A stretch of 64,000 nt of DNA from Takakia lepidozioides (Eukaryota; Plantae; Bryophyta), in contig CM060732.1 in the NCBI GenBank assembly GCA_030704615.1, positions 4,836,001 through 4,900,000 of the forward strand. The letters run 5' to 3'. Position numbers and translations under genes: made by a program. The notes beneath the pieces are model-generated. The model was not told the origin of the DNA. It was given only the letters and a program-made list of their open reading frames with translations, and searched no databases. Shown here one piece after another: positions 29,546-43,779 of the stretch; the stretch's first letter is position 1, and every line of letters begins with the position of its first letter.

Positions 29546-30460
29546 TCCCAGAGTAACATGAGATCAATCAAAATTTGTTCAATGGGCCAATGAGGCGTTC
29601 ACCTGTGAGAAATTTTTTGTTCATTGCAAAAAAGAAATCCTGCAATGCGTGCACGGCTATTGCACCCATTGAACGGATGTGATTGAAGCCCAACTTCTGC
29701 CCGCATGTGCTTGGACATGTGCGGAGACACAGCATAAGAACAAATCATTTGCCTCCCAATCGATGCGGTCACCCTCAACCCATTCGAGAATTTAATTAAA
29801 TTTAAATGAATTTGAAGCCAATAATTAGGTTTACACCAGAGGCGGCTTCGCTCTACCACCACCGGAAGACATACTCCCCCTCAACATACCAAGGCGAGCT
29901 ACACGCATACTACGAGACTCGACCACCCGAACGTTCCCACCATCGGCCTACTCCGCTCGACAGACACAACAATCAGGAGGTGGTCTCGACCACTTCGGCT
30001 CGTCCTCAACCCAAGCAGCTCACAAGGCCCTGCTCTTCCAATGGACACCCCGCCACACACAGCAAATACGCATGCCCAGCTTCTCCGCCCTCTAGGTGGC
30101 CCAGTTGTATGCCCGTTGTTCTCTCCACACGCCGCTTTATTGACTGCAAAGCAGAGCATGGCTACTCTGCCTTCAGGCGCGGCCTGGTTTCCTCTTCGTC
30201 GTTGCTTTCACAACAATATGGGGCTCTTTGCACCGGACAGCATGTCCATATTCTCACAGACTGCACGAAGGTCTTTATGCTTCACTACCACCTCGAGTGC
30301 GAAGTGCTTCTTGTCATTACGATCTGCACAACCCCCGCCCCCGATCCAGGACTAGCGCTGCCCCCCGGTGTAAGCATGCAGTCAACGCTTCAGGGTTCCA
30401 ATCCGTGTCCAAGTACCTAAGCGCGCGATCAATATTTGCGAGTCTGGTGTTACCTACTTT

Positions 30461-32044
30461 TTGGCTCACGACACCATCTTGGAGAGCTTGGGGGCTTCAC
30501 CCCCACCTCTGGCGCCCGCCAGACTATCAACAGGCGAGTCTGACATCAGAGGCTGCCTGCAAAAGGCGATGGAGCTGGACCGCCCCAACTCCTCTCAACC
30601 CATGCATCCAACTCCAACTCGCTACATGCTCGAATACCACGATCTCATCCCAACAGATGGTCTTCACTCTTCATTTCGTTTGGGCCCATTACAGACGCAC
30701 CAATGCTACACTTCTACTCTTCCTCTTTGCTTGATCAAGTATCCACAAGGGCAATCAGAGCTCCCTGATAATCTGAAGGCTCTGTTCAGGCCATGCGCTA
30801 TGATGGCCCATGATTATGGCATTCTCAATGTGTGTGGCAGCCTAGGAATCCCAGAAAAGGGCAACGGGGCTCATGCCTGCATCCTGAAAGCTGGAATTGC
30901 TCGAGATGTCATCCATGAGAGGAACGAACAGCATGAGGACATGACCTCAACCGTTTCTGCAGCAAGAGACCCCCTTTTCTTTGCACATCACGCCAATTTG
31001 GACCGTTTGTGGGACCTCTGGAAGACCCTGCCAGGAGGTCAACGTGGCAACCTTACTGACCCGGACTGGCTCAATTTGGAGCTTGTGTTCTATGATGAAA
31101 ACGCTGATCTTGTTCGTGTAATGGTAGCAGACTCTCTGGATATTGAAACATTTCGCTACAAGTACGAAGAGGTAGAGATTAACTGGCTATGGCTCAATTC
31201 TACCCGTCTGAGCACCAAGCCAGCTCCAGTTTCAGTGTCTCCAGATCGTGCTCCAGAGTTCTTGGAGCAACTCATGAGGGGCATAGCCAAGCTTGCAAGG
31301 TTCATCGTACCTTCATGGCAGATAGAGCGAACAAGCAAGAGTTGTGATTTGATGGAGACCGCCATCGCTGACATGTATGTGAAGTATGGAAGAATGAAGG
31401 CTGCACATCAGGGGTTTGTTAAGATGGCTCACACAAATGTGATCTCATGGTGTGCTATGATCGCAGGATATGCTCAGCATGGGCAAGCTGGTCCAGGGCA
31501 AACAACAATTATGAAAGAAGGTTTTGCTGCAGGGATAGAGTACACCATCAGCCAGCGTAATGTAGGGGCTGGCCCTTGGAGAAAGGAGTCTGAGCAGGCA
31601 TATATCACCAGAAAGTGCCAAGCTGATGCTATGGACATCAATATGAGGGATGTTTGTGCTATCAAAATCTGCTCCCACCCCCCTGGGGCCCCCTCTCCCC
31701 AGCAGGGCAGAAGTGTGCAAGGTACTCTCTTCAGCATCTGGCCACTCAACCATTCATGCCCACTCCACCCTCCCCCCCTTCACATGTCCCCCCACAACCA
31801 GAAGGCTCCAACCTATGTCCCCAAGCAGGCCCACAACATCAAATCTGGATCTGAATCAGCCGTTCGAGTGGGAAATGCTTTGGTTGACATGTATGCCAAG
31901 TGCGGGAAACTCGGGGATGCACGCAAAATGTTTGATAAAATGATTGAACAAGATGTGGTACTGTCATGGACTGCTATGATTCATTGGCTACACCATGATG
32001 TCTTCTCTACACCAAAACTTGGGAGAAGGCTCCTGGTCGAATGA
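30461..32044 (+). other. Intronless chimeric ORF: dynein heavy chain, PPR, polyphenol oxidase and PPR fragments
   Basis: GQSELPDNLKALFRPCAMM (dynein, about 30749-30820); AARDPLFFAHHANLDRLWDLWK..DPDWL..FYDENA (PPO CuB/DWL, about 30930-31195); PPR motifs at about 30821-30915, 31345-31490 and 31830-31985. Confidence 0.8.
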
Positions 32045-32109
32045 ACCTGGGCAGATTTACATGATAGCATGCCATACTGGTGTAAAGAACAGCGACATGA
32101 GTGGTGATC

Positions 32110-33266
32110 GGTATATCCTCAAAGCTGAAATTGTTCCAGGAATCTTCAACCTGGAGACTGCCCTTTCCGACATGAATGCCAAATGCGGGAGCGTAAGCCA
32201 ATTGTTTGTCGAAATGATTAAACGAGCATCACCCAGGGCCCAGAGTAAGATCTCCATCTGTTGCAGCCGCTTAACTGAGCCCAACCCCGAGCTCGAATAT
32301 ATGCTACCAGGTTTTCAGAATTCTGTTCCTAATCTGACCTGCATGCCAGAAGTGCAAATGCAAGGACAGGCCATGCTCCTACTTCCAAATGCGGTACTCT
32401 CTTCCATGGACAGCCCGCCGGTCTCCCCAACAGTGACACCCTCTCCAAGTGTAGACTGTGCAGCATCAGTTGCACACACTAATGTCTCAGGTGCCAGGTA
32501 TACCAACAGCAGGAGCATGAAGGATGCATGCCAAAGGTCTGGCGATAGGAACGAACGAGTAATGACCTCATGGAGTACAGTGATAGCTGGAGATGCCGAA
32601 CATGGAGGCGTTTCTGTGGCTCTCAAGAAACCATGTCTTTGGAGAACCCTGATTGCACACTTTACTTTTACTGGAACTGCTCTCAGCAGGTTGCTGGCGA
32701 AGCTACTTGTTCAAGGGAATGCTAACTGTAGTCTTCAGATCACCCACCATTCTCACATTTTGCGGCAGGAAGAAAAAGTTGCCCATGAGGAAGAATCGAC
32801 ACATAATAAGATCCATGGACAGTCTGCAGGCCAGGCGAGAGGACATTGTAGAGAAGTTAATGCCTACGAAGGAAAGTGCTACTGTTTTGGCTGATTCACA
32901 TGCACCCAGTGTAGACCATGACAACTCCGAAACATCAGACCTAGCTGTATCAACAGCTTTGGCAGGAAAAGAGATTTTTCTTAACGGAATGACGGAGGTG
33001 GTGGTTGATGGTTCTCCAAGCGATTTTGGGGAAATCTGCAATCCTGGATATGCCCAGCATGGTTGTGGTAGGGAGGCTTTTGAGATGTCTGTACAAATGC
33101 AATGGGAAGGGGTGCAGCCCGGCAGTGTAACATTCATTTGTGTTCTCAGTACGTGTGCCACTCTTGCAACCCTGGGAAAGGACAAAGGTGTCCATGCTGA
33201 CATCATCAAAGCTGGAATCTCACCTGATATCATTCTGAAGACTGCCCTTGCTGATATATATGCCAT
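32110..33266 (+). pseudogene. Further PPR fragments interleaved with unidentified sequence
   Basis: ETALSDMNAKCGSV, TSWSTVIAGDAEHG and GYAQHGCGREAFEM..EGVQPGSVTFICVLSTCA..VHADIIKAG. Confidence 0.75.
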
Positions 33267-35370
33267 GGTTCACCAATTCCACCCTGAGGCTCAACTTTTT
33301 GTCAATGATTCTCCTTATGGCCTTCTAAGCAGCGATCTGGCATCCAGTCTCTGTCAAGGTAACTACCCCAACGTCTATCTCTTCCAAGTATTTGAAGTGC
33401 TCATATTGCCCCCATGTATATCACAGACCCTCTCTCCAAGACAGTGGCCCCCTGTTCCCACCATTGCATGTGCTAACCAGCAGGATTGTTTTTGTAAATC
33501 ACACCCCCAAGGACTGGTCCCTCGACTCTTTCCGACTCGGATCACCTCTCCCTTGTTACAATGATCTTTTACATTAACACCTTTTTTTTCCATAGCTGTA
33601 CCTGCTGGTACACCAGAATTCCAAATTATCTACTCTGCATGTGTTCCTCCTCTCAAATAATTGATAAGGCCTCTATCCATGATGCCACTCCTTCTATTTA
33701 CCTGCTGCTTCCTGATCATCACTCTAATCTTCATCCGTTTCTTCCAGGTTCAATCTCGAGGAAGGACTATGCTGCATTTTCGATTCTCTCTCCCCAAGCT
33801 ACTTGGGCATATGTACTCTCTCCATGTCAAACAATTCCGCACCAATGCTACTCTATATGCATGATTTTACTCCAAAAATTTTACTCCATGTTACCACTCA
33901 ATGACATCAAAAAACATCGCACTATCATCAGAATGCTCGCCATCCCCAAGGCGTATCTCATCCATCTACGATTCGTCATTATGTTCCTAACGTCTTTCAT
34001 CCACCTCCCATTCGTCCTGGTCTTCCAGACGTTTATCACCCATCCGCTATTCATCACACTGCACAGCCCACATATCAGGACATATGCAAAAACATCTATG
34101 CTTATGGGCCCTGTACATCTCTCCCCCAAACTCCCATGCAATGAATCGATTTTGCATTCCACTCACTACGTTTCACGTACCCACTACTCATCCCTATCCT
34201 CTAATATAATCCACCTGCACATCAAACCTCACAAACTACGGCTCAAACAATACCAGTACCTTCCCAGATTGTGGTTGTGGCACTCCATTTTACGTCATTT
34301 CACATCCACACCTATCCATTAACACATATATACCAATTTAACAACATAAGTTATGATAAATTTCCTCCATTACTTGGACTTCCCATGTACACTTAGCTAC
34401 TTGCTCCACTATTACCGATGACACCCCATACACTCTTATAATAGCTACCTCCCATGCACCCCTACTCCTCGGTCCCTCCAAATCCACCTCATAACCCACT
34501 GCCGGCATGGAAGATACCACCAAAAACCTCTGGTATCCAAACACTCATCTCACCATCCACCGTCCCACTTTAAATCCTATAAACTTGCCTGTGAAACACT
34601 TATCCTCCTTCGTTGCGGCGACATTCACCCAAACCCAGGCCCCTCTACCATCACCAGCATCATCCACAAACTTCCCAAGGACCATCAAGAAAGATATGAA
34701 TTATATTTCCAAAAAGACACCGTCTCGTACCTGCATATCAACACCTAAGCGACCACTTCTCCCCCTTTCTTCCCAACCCATCCACCAATATCCACAAACC
34801 CACACACCCAATCGCCACCTTTGGGCTTCCAGCCTGTCAAAAACCCTTCCCTAGTCAATGTCACCAGGAACTTAACACATACCCTATACAACACCTCATT
34901 TTCTCACTAATCATCGTCATCTCCCCAATACCCTCAATATGTGACGACTATTTTAGAAGCCAACCAGACTTAGACATATGCTCACTACTACAACAATTAC
35001 ATAACTTACCTCCGTTACCTCACAAATATCTAGCACCCCTACACTATCTGCATAACCTCCACGAATCTCTCAACCTGATGCAAGCCAAGCCCGGAGAAGT
35101 CCATATAAAATTAGGTGAACACCTGGCACACCCAACTGAAGCCACACAAGAGTTCAACACCATTGCCAACAAATTCCCATTTCTCTCCGAACAAATTCTC
35201 ACTGCCACCCTCCAAGCCAAGGAAGGCATACCTAGATATCAACCCCCACCCATGACAACACCACCTACCCCCTCACCTTGCCCACATAACCCACCAGAAC
35301 ATTACCTCCAGAACCTACTAGATCCTCCAGCCCCTCACACACCCCTCCCTCACAGAGTGCACACTCACTC

Positions 35371-35755
35371 AACATAATAACTTGGAATGTAGGATCACTT
35401 GCCACAAGCATTCAAAGCCTAATCTATCTCACAGACCACATACCCCCGCATATTCTCCTACTACAAGAAACTAAACTTAACACACACAACCCCAATAGGT
35501 CCTATATTAACAAACTCCTCACAGCCTACTATATGCAGTATGGCAACTCGTTCACAGCTGCACAATACCTCACCAGACGTTCAGTGCCATACTATCCAGC
35601 CCGCGGAGGGGTGGCTTTCGGTATCCTACGCACACATCACTCCCCCAGTACCACGGTTAAAATATCTGTCGCCCTCCCCCTCCGTTCACACCTTCAAATC
35701 ATCAAAATACACCTCCCCGCCCCCCCCCCCCCATTATCCTTATGCATTTATACAT
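35371..35755 (+). mobile_element. LINE APE endonuclease N-terminal fragment within a C/A-rich degenerate non-LTR region (about 33270-35755)
   Basis: From 35371 the frame reads NIITWNVGSL..PHILLLQETKL, with RGGVAF further on. Confidence 0.8.
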
Positions 35756-35879
35756 GACAGAGACGACTTCATCCAAGCGCCCTCGGATGGAAATTCGGCG
35801 CTCCAAGACGACTTCATCCCAGCCCACTCGGATGGAAATTCGGCGCGTTTTTCCATCCGGGGGATGATCTCTGGCAGCT

Positions 35880-37688
35880 ACACCAAGGCCCCAAGAGCCT
35901 GCCAAAACTTGGCCCTCGAGGACCCCAAATAGTCCCTCACACAAGTCGCCAAAGACTCCTCAAGCTCGCCAAATAGTGGCCTCCAAAGACCCCCAATAGT
36001 CCTCCAAACAGTCATCCAATGATCCAAATAGTCCTCCAAATAGTCCTCCAAGGACTCACTATGTTCCCAATGCGTTCCCAAATTCCCAATGGGTTCTCAA
36101 TAAGTTCCCAAAGTTCCCTAAGAATATTCTTGAAAATATGCCATACCCCAGTATTCCCTTGGGCCTATATGTATTTTCCTTGTATTTCCCTTGTATTCTC
36201 CTTAGGAATAACGATTTCCCCCTTGGAATAGCCGTTTCCTCCTGGCAATAGCCATTTCCCCCTCATAGAGTAGTTCATTTCCCCCTAAGCTTTAGCCACT
36301 TCCCCCTCTATTTCCTTGAGGCTTAGCCTTACCAAGCTAGGGTTTGTGCTCCTTGGAGCTCTATGCCTAATCCCCTCAAACATCCATGAATTCTATGGGA
36401 TTCTAAGGCAAATTCCCTTGATCTTCTTCATCTCAAGCTACTCAAGCTCACTTAGCAATGATTTTGCCACACAACAAGCTTCATCACTCATTGGAACTCA
36501 AAACCAAGCTTGTACCTCCTTTGGCAAGCCACCAAGCCTTGTCTCCTCTCAAGCCTTGATCATTCAAGCTCCCTTCACTTGCTAGCTCAAGAGCCACTCC
36601 TCTCAAGCTTGAAAGGGCAAAGCTCAAGCCAAAAGCATGCTCCACACATGCATCACCTCATACATAAGGGAATCAACTTGCTCCCTTCATCTTTTAGCTC
36701 TCCTCAAGCTTGAAGTTGGAAGCCAGCACTTGGGAAGCATGTTTGAATGATGATCTCTCTTCAAGGACTTCCCACAATTTGTTCTCCAATTAGCTCTTCC
36801 AATGCCCTAAGCTTGGCTCCACACCACCATGATTGGAAGATTCCTCCACATGCTCCCCTTCTAACCTCTTGAGCTTCCTAATGCTCCCTAAGTGCTTGCC
36901 CTTATTGTCTTCAAGCCCAAGCCTATGTAGCTCATTGGCTTCTCTTCCACAACATCCACATTTGAGCTTGCTTAACCCTAGATTGCTAGTGAAATGAGCA
37001 CCAACAATCATTTAGTCGCTCTCCACAAGTCATGGCATATACCATTGATTCCATAATGCATAGAGTTGATTCTCAAACCTTAAACTCCATGCTTCCACCA
37101 ACCACCTCTTTGGCAACCCTTGTCAAATCTTGTAGCAAACAAGCTCCTTCTTGAGCTCTCCAACACCTTGGTGTAACACCACAAGTACATTTCCTTGCAA
37201 TCCTTGCAAGCCTTGTGATACAGGAGCTAAATTCTCCTAGCTCTCAACCTCTCTTTAATATACAAGTGCAAAACTAATCCTTACACTCCGCACTCACAAG
37301 CATAAGGTTGACATCTTATTGTAGTGAAAATGAAAGTGAACACAATGGAAACACTCCACTCATAAATCCACTCAATCACATAAACTAAGTCAAGCCAAGG
37401 GCACATTTTCTAAGGGAATCCACCCTACAAAGCCCTCACCACACTCCCTCTCAATATCTAGAGCTATAGAGGTGGGAGAGGCTCATGGAGGCTAAACTAC
37501 AAGAAGATGAGCCCTCCTCAACCCTCACAAGGGGAAAACCCATCCCCATGTCCCAAGTGAGGCTTGACACCTCACTTGGCATGAGACCAAATGAAGTCCC
37601 AACACACAAAATATAAATATAAATATCCAAAATGTCCTGATTAACTAGAAGTAGGTAATTCTAGTTAACCATGACTAAAACCATGACA
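35880..37688 (-). mobile_element. LTR family A, inverted truncated copy
   Basis: Ends ...gttaaccatgactaaaaccatgaca at 37688, the reverse complement of the family A start; collinear with 38672-40600. Confidence 0.85.
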
Positions 37689-38671
37689 GGATCATTGGAA
37701 CAATGTACCGCCCTCATCAGCATCTCCTGCCCGTCTGGTCCAAATTTCCATTGTTTTCCTCCTCGATACTGATAGTAAGTAGATTGTTGCATGATGGCCC
37801 TCATAATGTCTTCTGTTGTTGTGGTCAGGATGTCAACGAAATGTGCCGCCGACAAAACTCAAAACCCATTTCTCCTCTTGTGAACCTGACCATGGTACCT
37901 GCGGGTTTGCAATGCATGTTGCGTAGTTTACCACAGTGGCAGCCACCTTGCTGGTGCGTGATCGATGCTTAAGAGGATAGCACATGGGATGCTTTATACT
38001 ACCTCTTGGTTTATGACGGGGATTGGTTGTGTCCACAATGCACTGCATAGTCGTATGGACACAACCATGGAAGGTCAAGAATAAACATGAGACCAAGGTA
38101 TTAGGATACCAATACACGAGATACCTAGCTCAAGTTCACAGATTACAAGAAGACGACTAATGATGGGGCTACCTTTGTACCTAGCCTCTTGATCTATCGA
38201 ATTTGAATACAATAAGAAGAGTTGTAGATGACTTATTAAGCTATTATTATGGCTATTATTACCTTATTATAGTTATCTGGAGCTTGGGGGGGTCACTCCC
38301 CGTATTTTCAAAACCACGTGAGAACAAATATAGGGTGTAGTTTATTTTTTTGAGGTAAATTTTAGAAAAGTTTTACTTCAAAAATATGGTAGGACAATAT
38401 CCTTTCATCCAGTTTTTTTTTTTTTTTTTAAATCACAAAAAATCCAGAGTTTTATCTAAAAAATTAATGTAATAAAGGGTTTTATCTAGAGTATAATATA
38501 TCCATCATTGTGAAGTTTCTCATATTTCATCCAACTCTAATCCATCATGATGAAATCTTCTCAAAACTTCATTAATTCATCAGGCTTATTTGATGAATAA
38601 GCCTGCTCTACCAAAATCTGGGGTCCTTCGATTATGATGTTTTTGAATTGGTTCTCCAAAGGTAGAGGTCA

Positions 38672-41600
38672 TGTCATGGTTTTAGTCATGGTTAACTAGA
38701 ACTACCTACTTCTAGTTAACTAGGATATTTTGGATATTTATATTTGTATTTTGTGTGTTGGGACTTCATTTGGTCTCATATGCCAAGTGAGGTGTCAAAC
38801 CTCACTTGGGACATGAAGATGGGTTTTCCCCTTGTGAGTGTTGAGGAGGGCTCATCTTCTTATAGTTGAGCCTCTATGAGCCTCTCCCACCTCCACAGCT
38901 CTAGGTATTGAGAAGGAGTGTGGTGAGGGCTTTGTAGGATGGATTCCTTTAGCAAAGGTGCCCTTGGCTTGACTTAGTTTATGTGATTGAGTGGATTCAT
39001 GAGTGGAATATTTCCATTGTGTTCACTTTCATTATCACTACAAGAAGATCACCTTATGCTTGTGAGTGTGGAATGCAAGGATTAGTTTAGCACTTGTGTT
39101 GGTATACACCAAAGAGTGAGAGAGCTAGGAAAAGCTCATGTATTTCACAAGGCTTGCAAGGTGTTGCAAGGAAAGGTGCTTGGTGAAGTTGCATGCACCA
39201 AAGAATTGGAGAGCTAGGAGAATTTAGCTCTTGTATCACAAGGTTTGCAAGGAAAGGTACTTGTGGTGTTACACCAAGGTGTTGGGGAGCTCAAGAAAGA
39301 GCTTGTTTGCCACAATATTTGCAAGGATTGCAAGAGGGAAGTCTTGTGTGTGTGGAAGCATGGATTCTAGGGATTGAGAATCATTTCTATGCATTATGGA
39401 GTCAATGGTGTGTACCATGGCTTGTGGAGAGCAACTAAATGATTGTTAGTACTCAATTCACTATCAATCTAGGGTTAAGCAAGCTCAAGTGTGGATGTTG
39501 TGGAAGAGAAGCCAAGGAGCTACATAGGCTTGGGCTTGAAGACAACAAGAGCAAGCACTTGGAGAGCATTAGGAAGCTCAAAAGGTTTGAAGGGGAGCAT
39601 GTGAAGAAATCTTCCAATCATGGTGGTGTAAAGCCAAGCTTAGGGCATTGGAAAGGCTTGGAGAACAACTTGTGGAAAGTCCTTGAAGAAAAGAGATTGT
39701 GGCTCAAGGCATGCATAGCAACTTCAACCATACATTAGCGTGTGACAAGACAAGGAAGGGGAAGGTGAAGCTCATGTATTCATTCCCTTTTGGCTTAAGT
39801 TTTGTGGTGGATGGTTGATCAAACAAGTGATGCTTATGTGGAGCATGCTTCCCAAGTGTGGCTTCCAATTTTAAGCTTGAGGAGAGCTAGAAGATAAAAG
39901 GAGCAAGTTGATTCCCTTGTGTATGAAGTGATGCATGTGTGAAGCATGCTTTTGGCTTGAGCTTTGCCCTTTCAAGCTTGAGAGGAGTGACTCTTGAGCT
40001 AGCAAGTGAAGGGAGCTTGAATGACCAAGGCTTGAGAGGAGACAAGGCTTGGTGGCTTGCCAAATGAGGTACAAGCTTGATTTTGAGTTCCAATGAGAAA
40101 TTGAGCTTGTTGTGTGGCCAATGCATTGCTAGTTGAGTTGGAGACAAACTTGAGTAGCTTAAGGTAAAGAAGATCAAGGGAATTTGCCTTGGTACCCCAT
40201 AGAATTCATGGATGCTTGAGGGGATTAAGCATAGAGCCCCAAGGAGCACAAACCCTAGCTTGGTAAGGCTAAACCTCAAGGAAATAGAGGGGGAAGAGGC
40301 TAAAGCCTAGGGGGAAATGGCTAAACCCTGGGGGGGAAATGAACTACTCTATGAGGGGGAATTGGCTATTCCTAAGGAGAATACAAAGGGAATACAAGGG
40401 GAATACGTATAGGCCCAGGGGAATACTGGGAGAATACTATGGTATATTCTTAGGAATATTCTTAGGGAACCCATTGGGAACACATTGGGAACATGGTGAC
40501 ATAAGAAGAGTCCTTGGAGGACTGTTTGGGGTCCTTGGAGGACCATTTGGAGGACCATTGGGAGTCCTTGGAGGACTATTTGGGGTCCTTGGAGGACCAT
40601 TTGGAAGACCTTTGGGAGTTCTTGGAGGACTGTTTTGGAGTCTTTGGAGGACCATTGGGAGTCCTTGGAGGACTGTTTGGAGGACCATTGGGAGTCCTTG
40701 GAGGACTACTTGGAAGACCATTGGGAGCCGACCCCCCCTTCCCTACCACTACCATCCAGCCCCCCCCAAGAGCCTGCCAAAACTTAGCCCTCGAGGACCC
40801 CAAATAGTCCCTCACACAAGTCGCCAAAGACTCCTCAAGCTCGCCAAATATTGGCCTTCAAGGACCCCAAATAGTCCTCCAAAGAACTCCAAATGGTCCT
40901 CCAAATGGTCCTCTAAGGACCCCAAACAGTTGGGTTCGATCCCCATCCGAGTCTAGGCTGTAGGGGGATACCTTTACTTGTGAGAGAAACATCTAGTATC
41001 ACTAAGTTCAACACTTGGTGTACTGTTTTGGAGTCCCATTGTGCAAGGATTGGGAACCTTAGTGAGATTGTTTGAGAGACATATTCTTGAGGGCTCATAG
41101 AGAGTTATTTGAGAGACCCTTGAAATGTAGTCTTGTCTATTATTCAAGCAAGAGAGTGTGGAGATAGGGTAGTGGGATGAGGGCATGCTGGGATTAGGAA
41201 TTGCTTTAGTCTCTCTTCCTTGTAGTCTTTCACCTTCTCTGTAGGCCAAAACATTTCCGTAGGTGGAGGCAAGAATCAGTCCGGGTTTGGGCTGGGGTGT
41301 CATTGCAAGAGCGACACTGTGAGTGTTTTTGGTGTGGGGGAGTTGTTGTCTTGATTTTCTTGTGTTTGGATCCCCTCCACACCTGCATGCTTGACTGTGC
41401 ACCATGTTAGCTTTGTGTGGGCGCTTGTTTTCATAGGAGGTTGGTCCGGATTTGATCACCGGTCAATCCTAGAGCGTGCTGTCGGTGAGGCTGTGGTAAT
41501 GACTAGTCAAACCATCATTGTTTCTCTTATGGTGAGGCTGGGTTGATGACCAGCAGACAATCGGAGTACTTGCGGTGGATACAGGTGCAGGTTTATGTTA

Positions 41601-41700
41601 CGAACCTAGTAGTCTAAGCCATAAGCCGCAACAGGTTCTCTACCCGGTTACCTTGTGGAAAGGGAGATTATAGACAAGTTTACAACAGGTGTGGTTGTGA
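38672..41700 (+). mobile_element. LTR family A copy directly upstream of gag, with an internal inversion
   Basis: TGTCATGGTTTTAGTCATGG at 38672; ends ggttgtga at 41700 (terminal CA missing). 40764-40925 is inverted relative to 11740-11845. Confidence 0.8.
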
Positions 41701-43440
41701 GTTTTCATCACGGAGGTGCCACCAGTTGCTGAAGAGAGTGCCGGTACGAGCACCAACGATACTAGTGGGTATACAAGACGAGGTGTGCGGTTTAGGCCAC
41801 CTTCACCTTCAGTGTCTTCTGAGGAAGGTTCAGACTCAGAGTTAGGAGGATTCTCGTCGAGGGTGCAAGCCATTTCCATGCCATTCTTGTGGGATACGAT
41901 GGAGGAAATATATGGAGCTACCAAGGGGCCACGTCGGTACTCTGGAGAGATGGGCACCATCGAGCTTGATGATTTCATACAGGAGTTTGATAGTTGGTGT
42001 GATTTGCAGCAGATGCGCAATCCACAACTATTTACGTCTTTTATGGTGTGGAAGGGGCTGTTTCAGCACCTTGAGGGGCCGCCCATGGATGACTACCATG
42101 AGTTTAGGCGGGGACATGAGGTGGAGATTGAGGAATGGCGGGTGTATTGGTCACCTGACTATGTCTCCATCACTAGAGACACAAGGGCAGTGGTGACACC
42201 GACAGCTACACCGACAGCCTCTACAAGCAGCAGTGGGATGTCAAGTGGAACAGGAGCTCGAAAGTCCACCCAAGCCCCTGCTACAGCACCAACACCCGTG
42301 CCTGCCTTTAAGCCAGTTGTGGAGTTCTTCGAGGAGTTAAGGAGAAACTACCAGGAAATAAGGACGGAGAAATTGCGGAGCTTGCAAGAGTTCCAACGAA
42401 AGCCTACCGAGAGTTTAATGGAGGCTTACACGCGCATGAGGCGATTGATAAATGTAACCCAAGGGGTTACGGAATCTCAAGAAGTCCAATTCTGATATGG
42501 GATATTGGACAAAGAGCTGATGAGAAGGGTGCGGGATGCAACTCTCCTACAAGTGGCCCAACCCACCTTAGCAAACGTGTTTTTGCTGGCAGAGCGGATA
42601 GAGCTCAATATGGTGGAGGAGCGAGTGGTCATGGTGGGTTTTGGTAAGGAGACACAACGAAGTGGGGTTCCTAGCCAACAACAACCACTACCCCAACGTG
42701 CTCAAGGCAACAAAGAGGCTTAGGCGAAGCCCAGGGAAGGACAGAGAGGATCTCAATTGCAGAGGTCACTTCCTTCATTCTCAGGCCAACAACAGTCGGG
42801 AGTGACATGTTGGGATTGTGGAAGACCCCACGTTAAGAGAGATTGCCCGAAGAGAGGCAAAGGGCCGGCACAGGCACAGCCTACACAACCACAATGTAGG
42901 CATTGTGGCAAGTATGGGCATGAAGAGACCCATTGTTATGACTTGCATCCTGAGCTACGGCCAGGCCAGTTCCAAGGGAACAATGGTGGCCGAGGACGAG
43001 GCAATGTATTCCAGAGAGGTAGAGGAGGCAGAGGTCGTGGTGGACGTCGTAACCAAAACCAAGGAGCACAGGGTCAAGGTCAAGGTCATGACCAAGGCAT
43101 GGTGGATAGGCTTGCCCAGCTAGAGCAATGTCTTCTACCATGGCCACTACTCATGTTGCGTCAGCTCCAAGGCCTGAGGTTCAAGCCCCACCTGCACAAC
43201 CTCCTATGCCTAGGGAAGACCAGATTGGTATGGGCTTCATGTGTGGAGCCGCACTTGCAGGACCATTGCATGTGGACTTTGCAGCTGCTATCACTCGAGC
43301 AGCAATGCGTGCTCCTGAGCCAAGAGGAGCGGATATGGATTTTGATCCACAAAGAGGGAAACAAGTCGGAAGACAAGACTTCCATAGTCTTTCACATTGG
43401 CTGAGACAGTGCCAACTATGCCATCGATGACACCCGCTCA
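41701..43440 (+). pseudogene. gag: Ty3/Gypsy gag (capsid, two zinc knuckles, RGG tract), disrupted
   Basis: PRRYSG..LDDFIQEFDSWC and FQRKPTESLMEAYTRM; knuckles CWDCGRPHVKRDC and CRHCGKYGHEETHC; stops at 42493 and 42721. Confidence 0.85.
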
Positions 43441-43779
43441 CCAAATGTGTCAGAGGTAGAGCCACGAGTGCCATTGAGGAGAGTTGGTATGGCTCGGGAA
43501 ATGCCAATGGGTGGTAGTGCAAAGCAAGGTGCAGCCAGTATATTGTTGGGGGCGGCTACGGCAATTTGCCAAGCTCCATTGTTTTCTGCCACGACAATTG
43601 CAATGCCGGGGATGCGGCCAGCTGCAGTGTTTAGATTGGCAGCTGCACTCTGTGAGAGTGGTGATGCATCGGCACTATCTACGGGGATAACGGATCAAGT
43701 GCAGTGCATGGATGCCCTGGATTCAAGGGTGAAGACAGTCACAGCTGCGCCATGGCAAGCGGCAGCTGCAAGGTTGCAG

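Noticed and set aside
30370-30455. SNF2-like DTDWNP motif on the minus strand
   Set aside because: Too short, with no other helicase motifs; could be chance.
40339-40956. Gly/Leu/Pro-rich ORFs here and at 11568-11906
   Set aside because: By-products of tandem repeats inside LTR family A.
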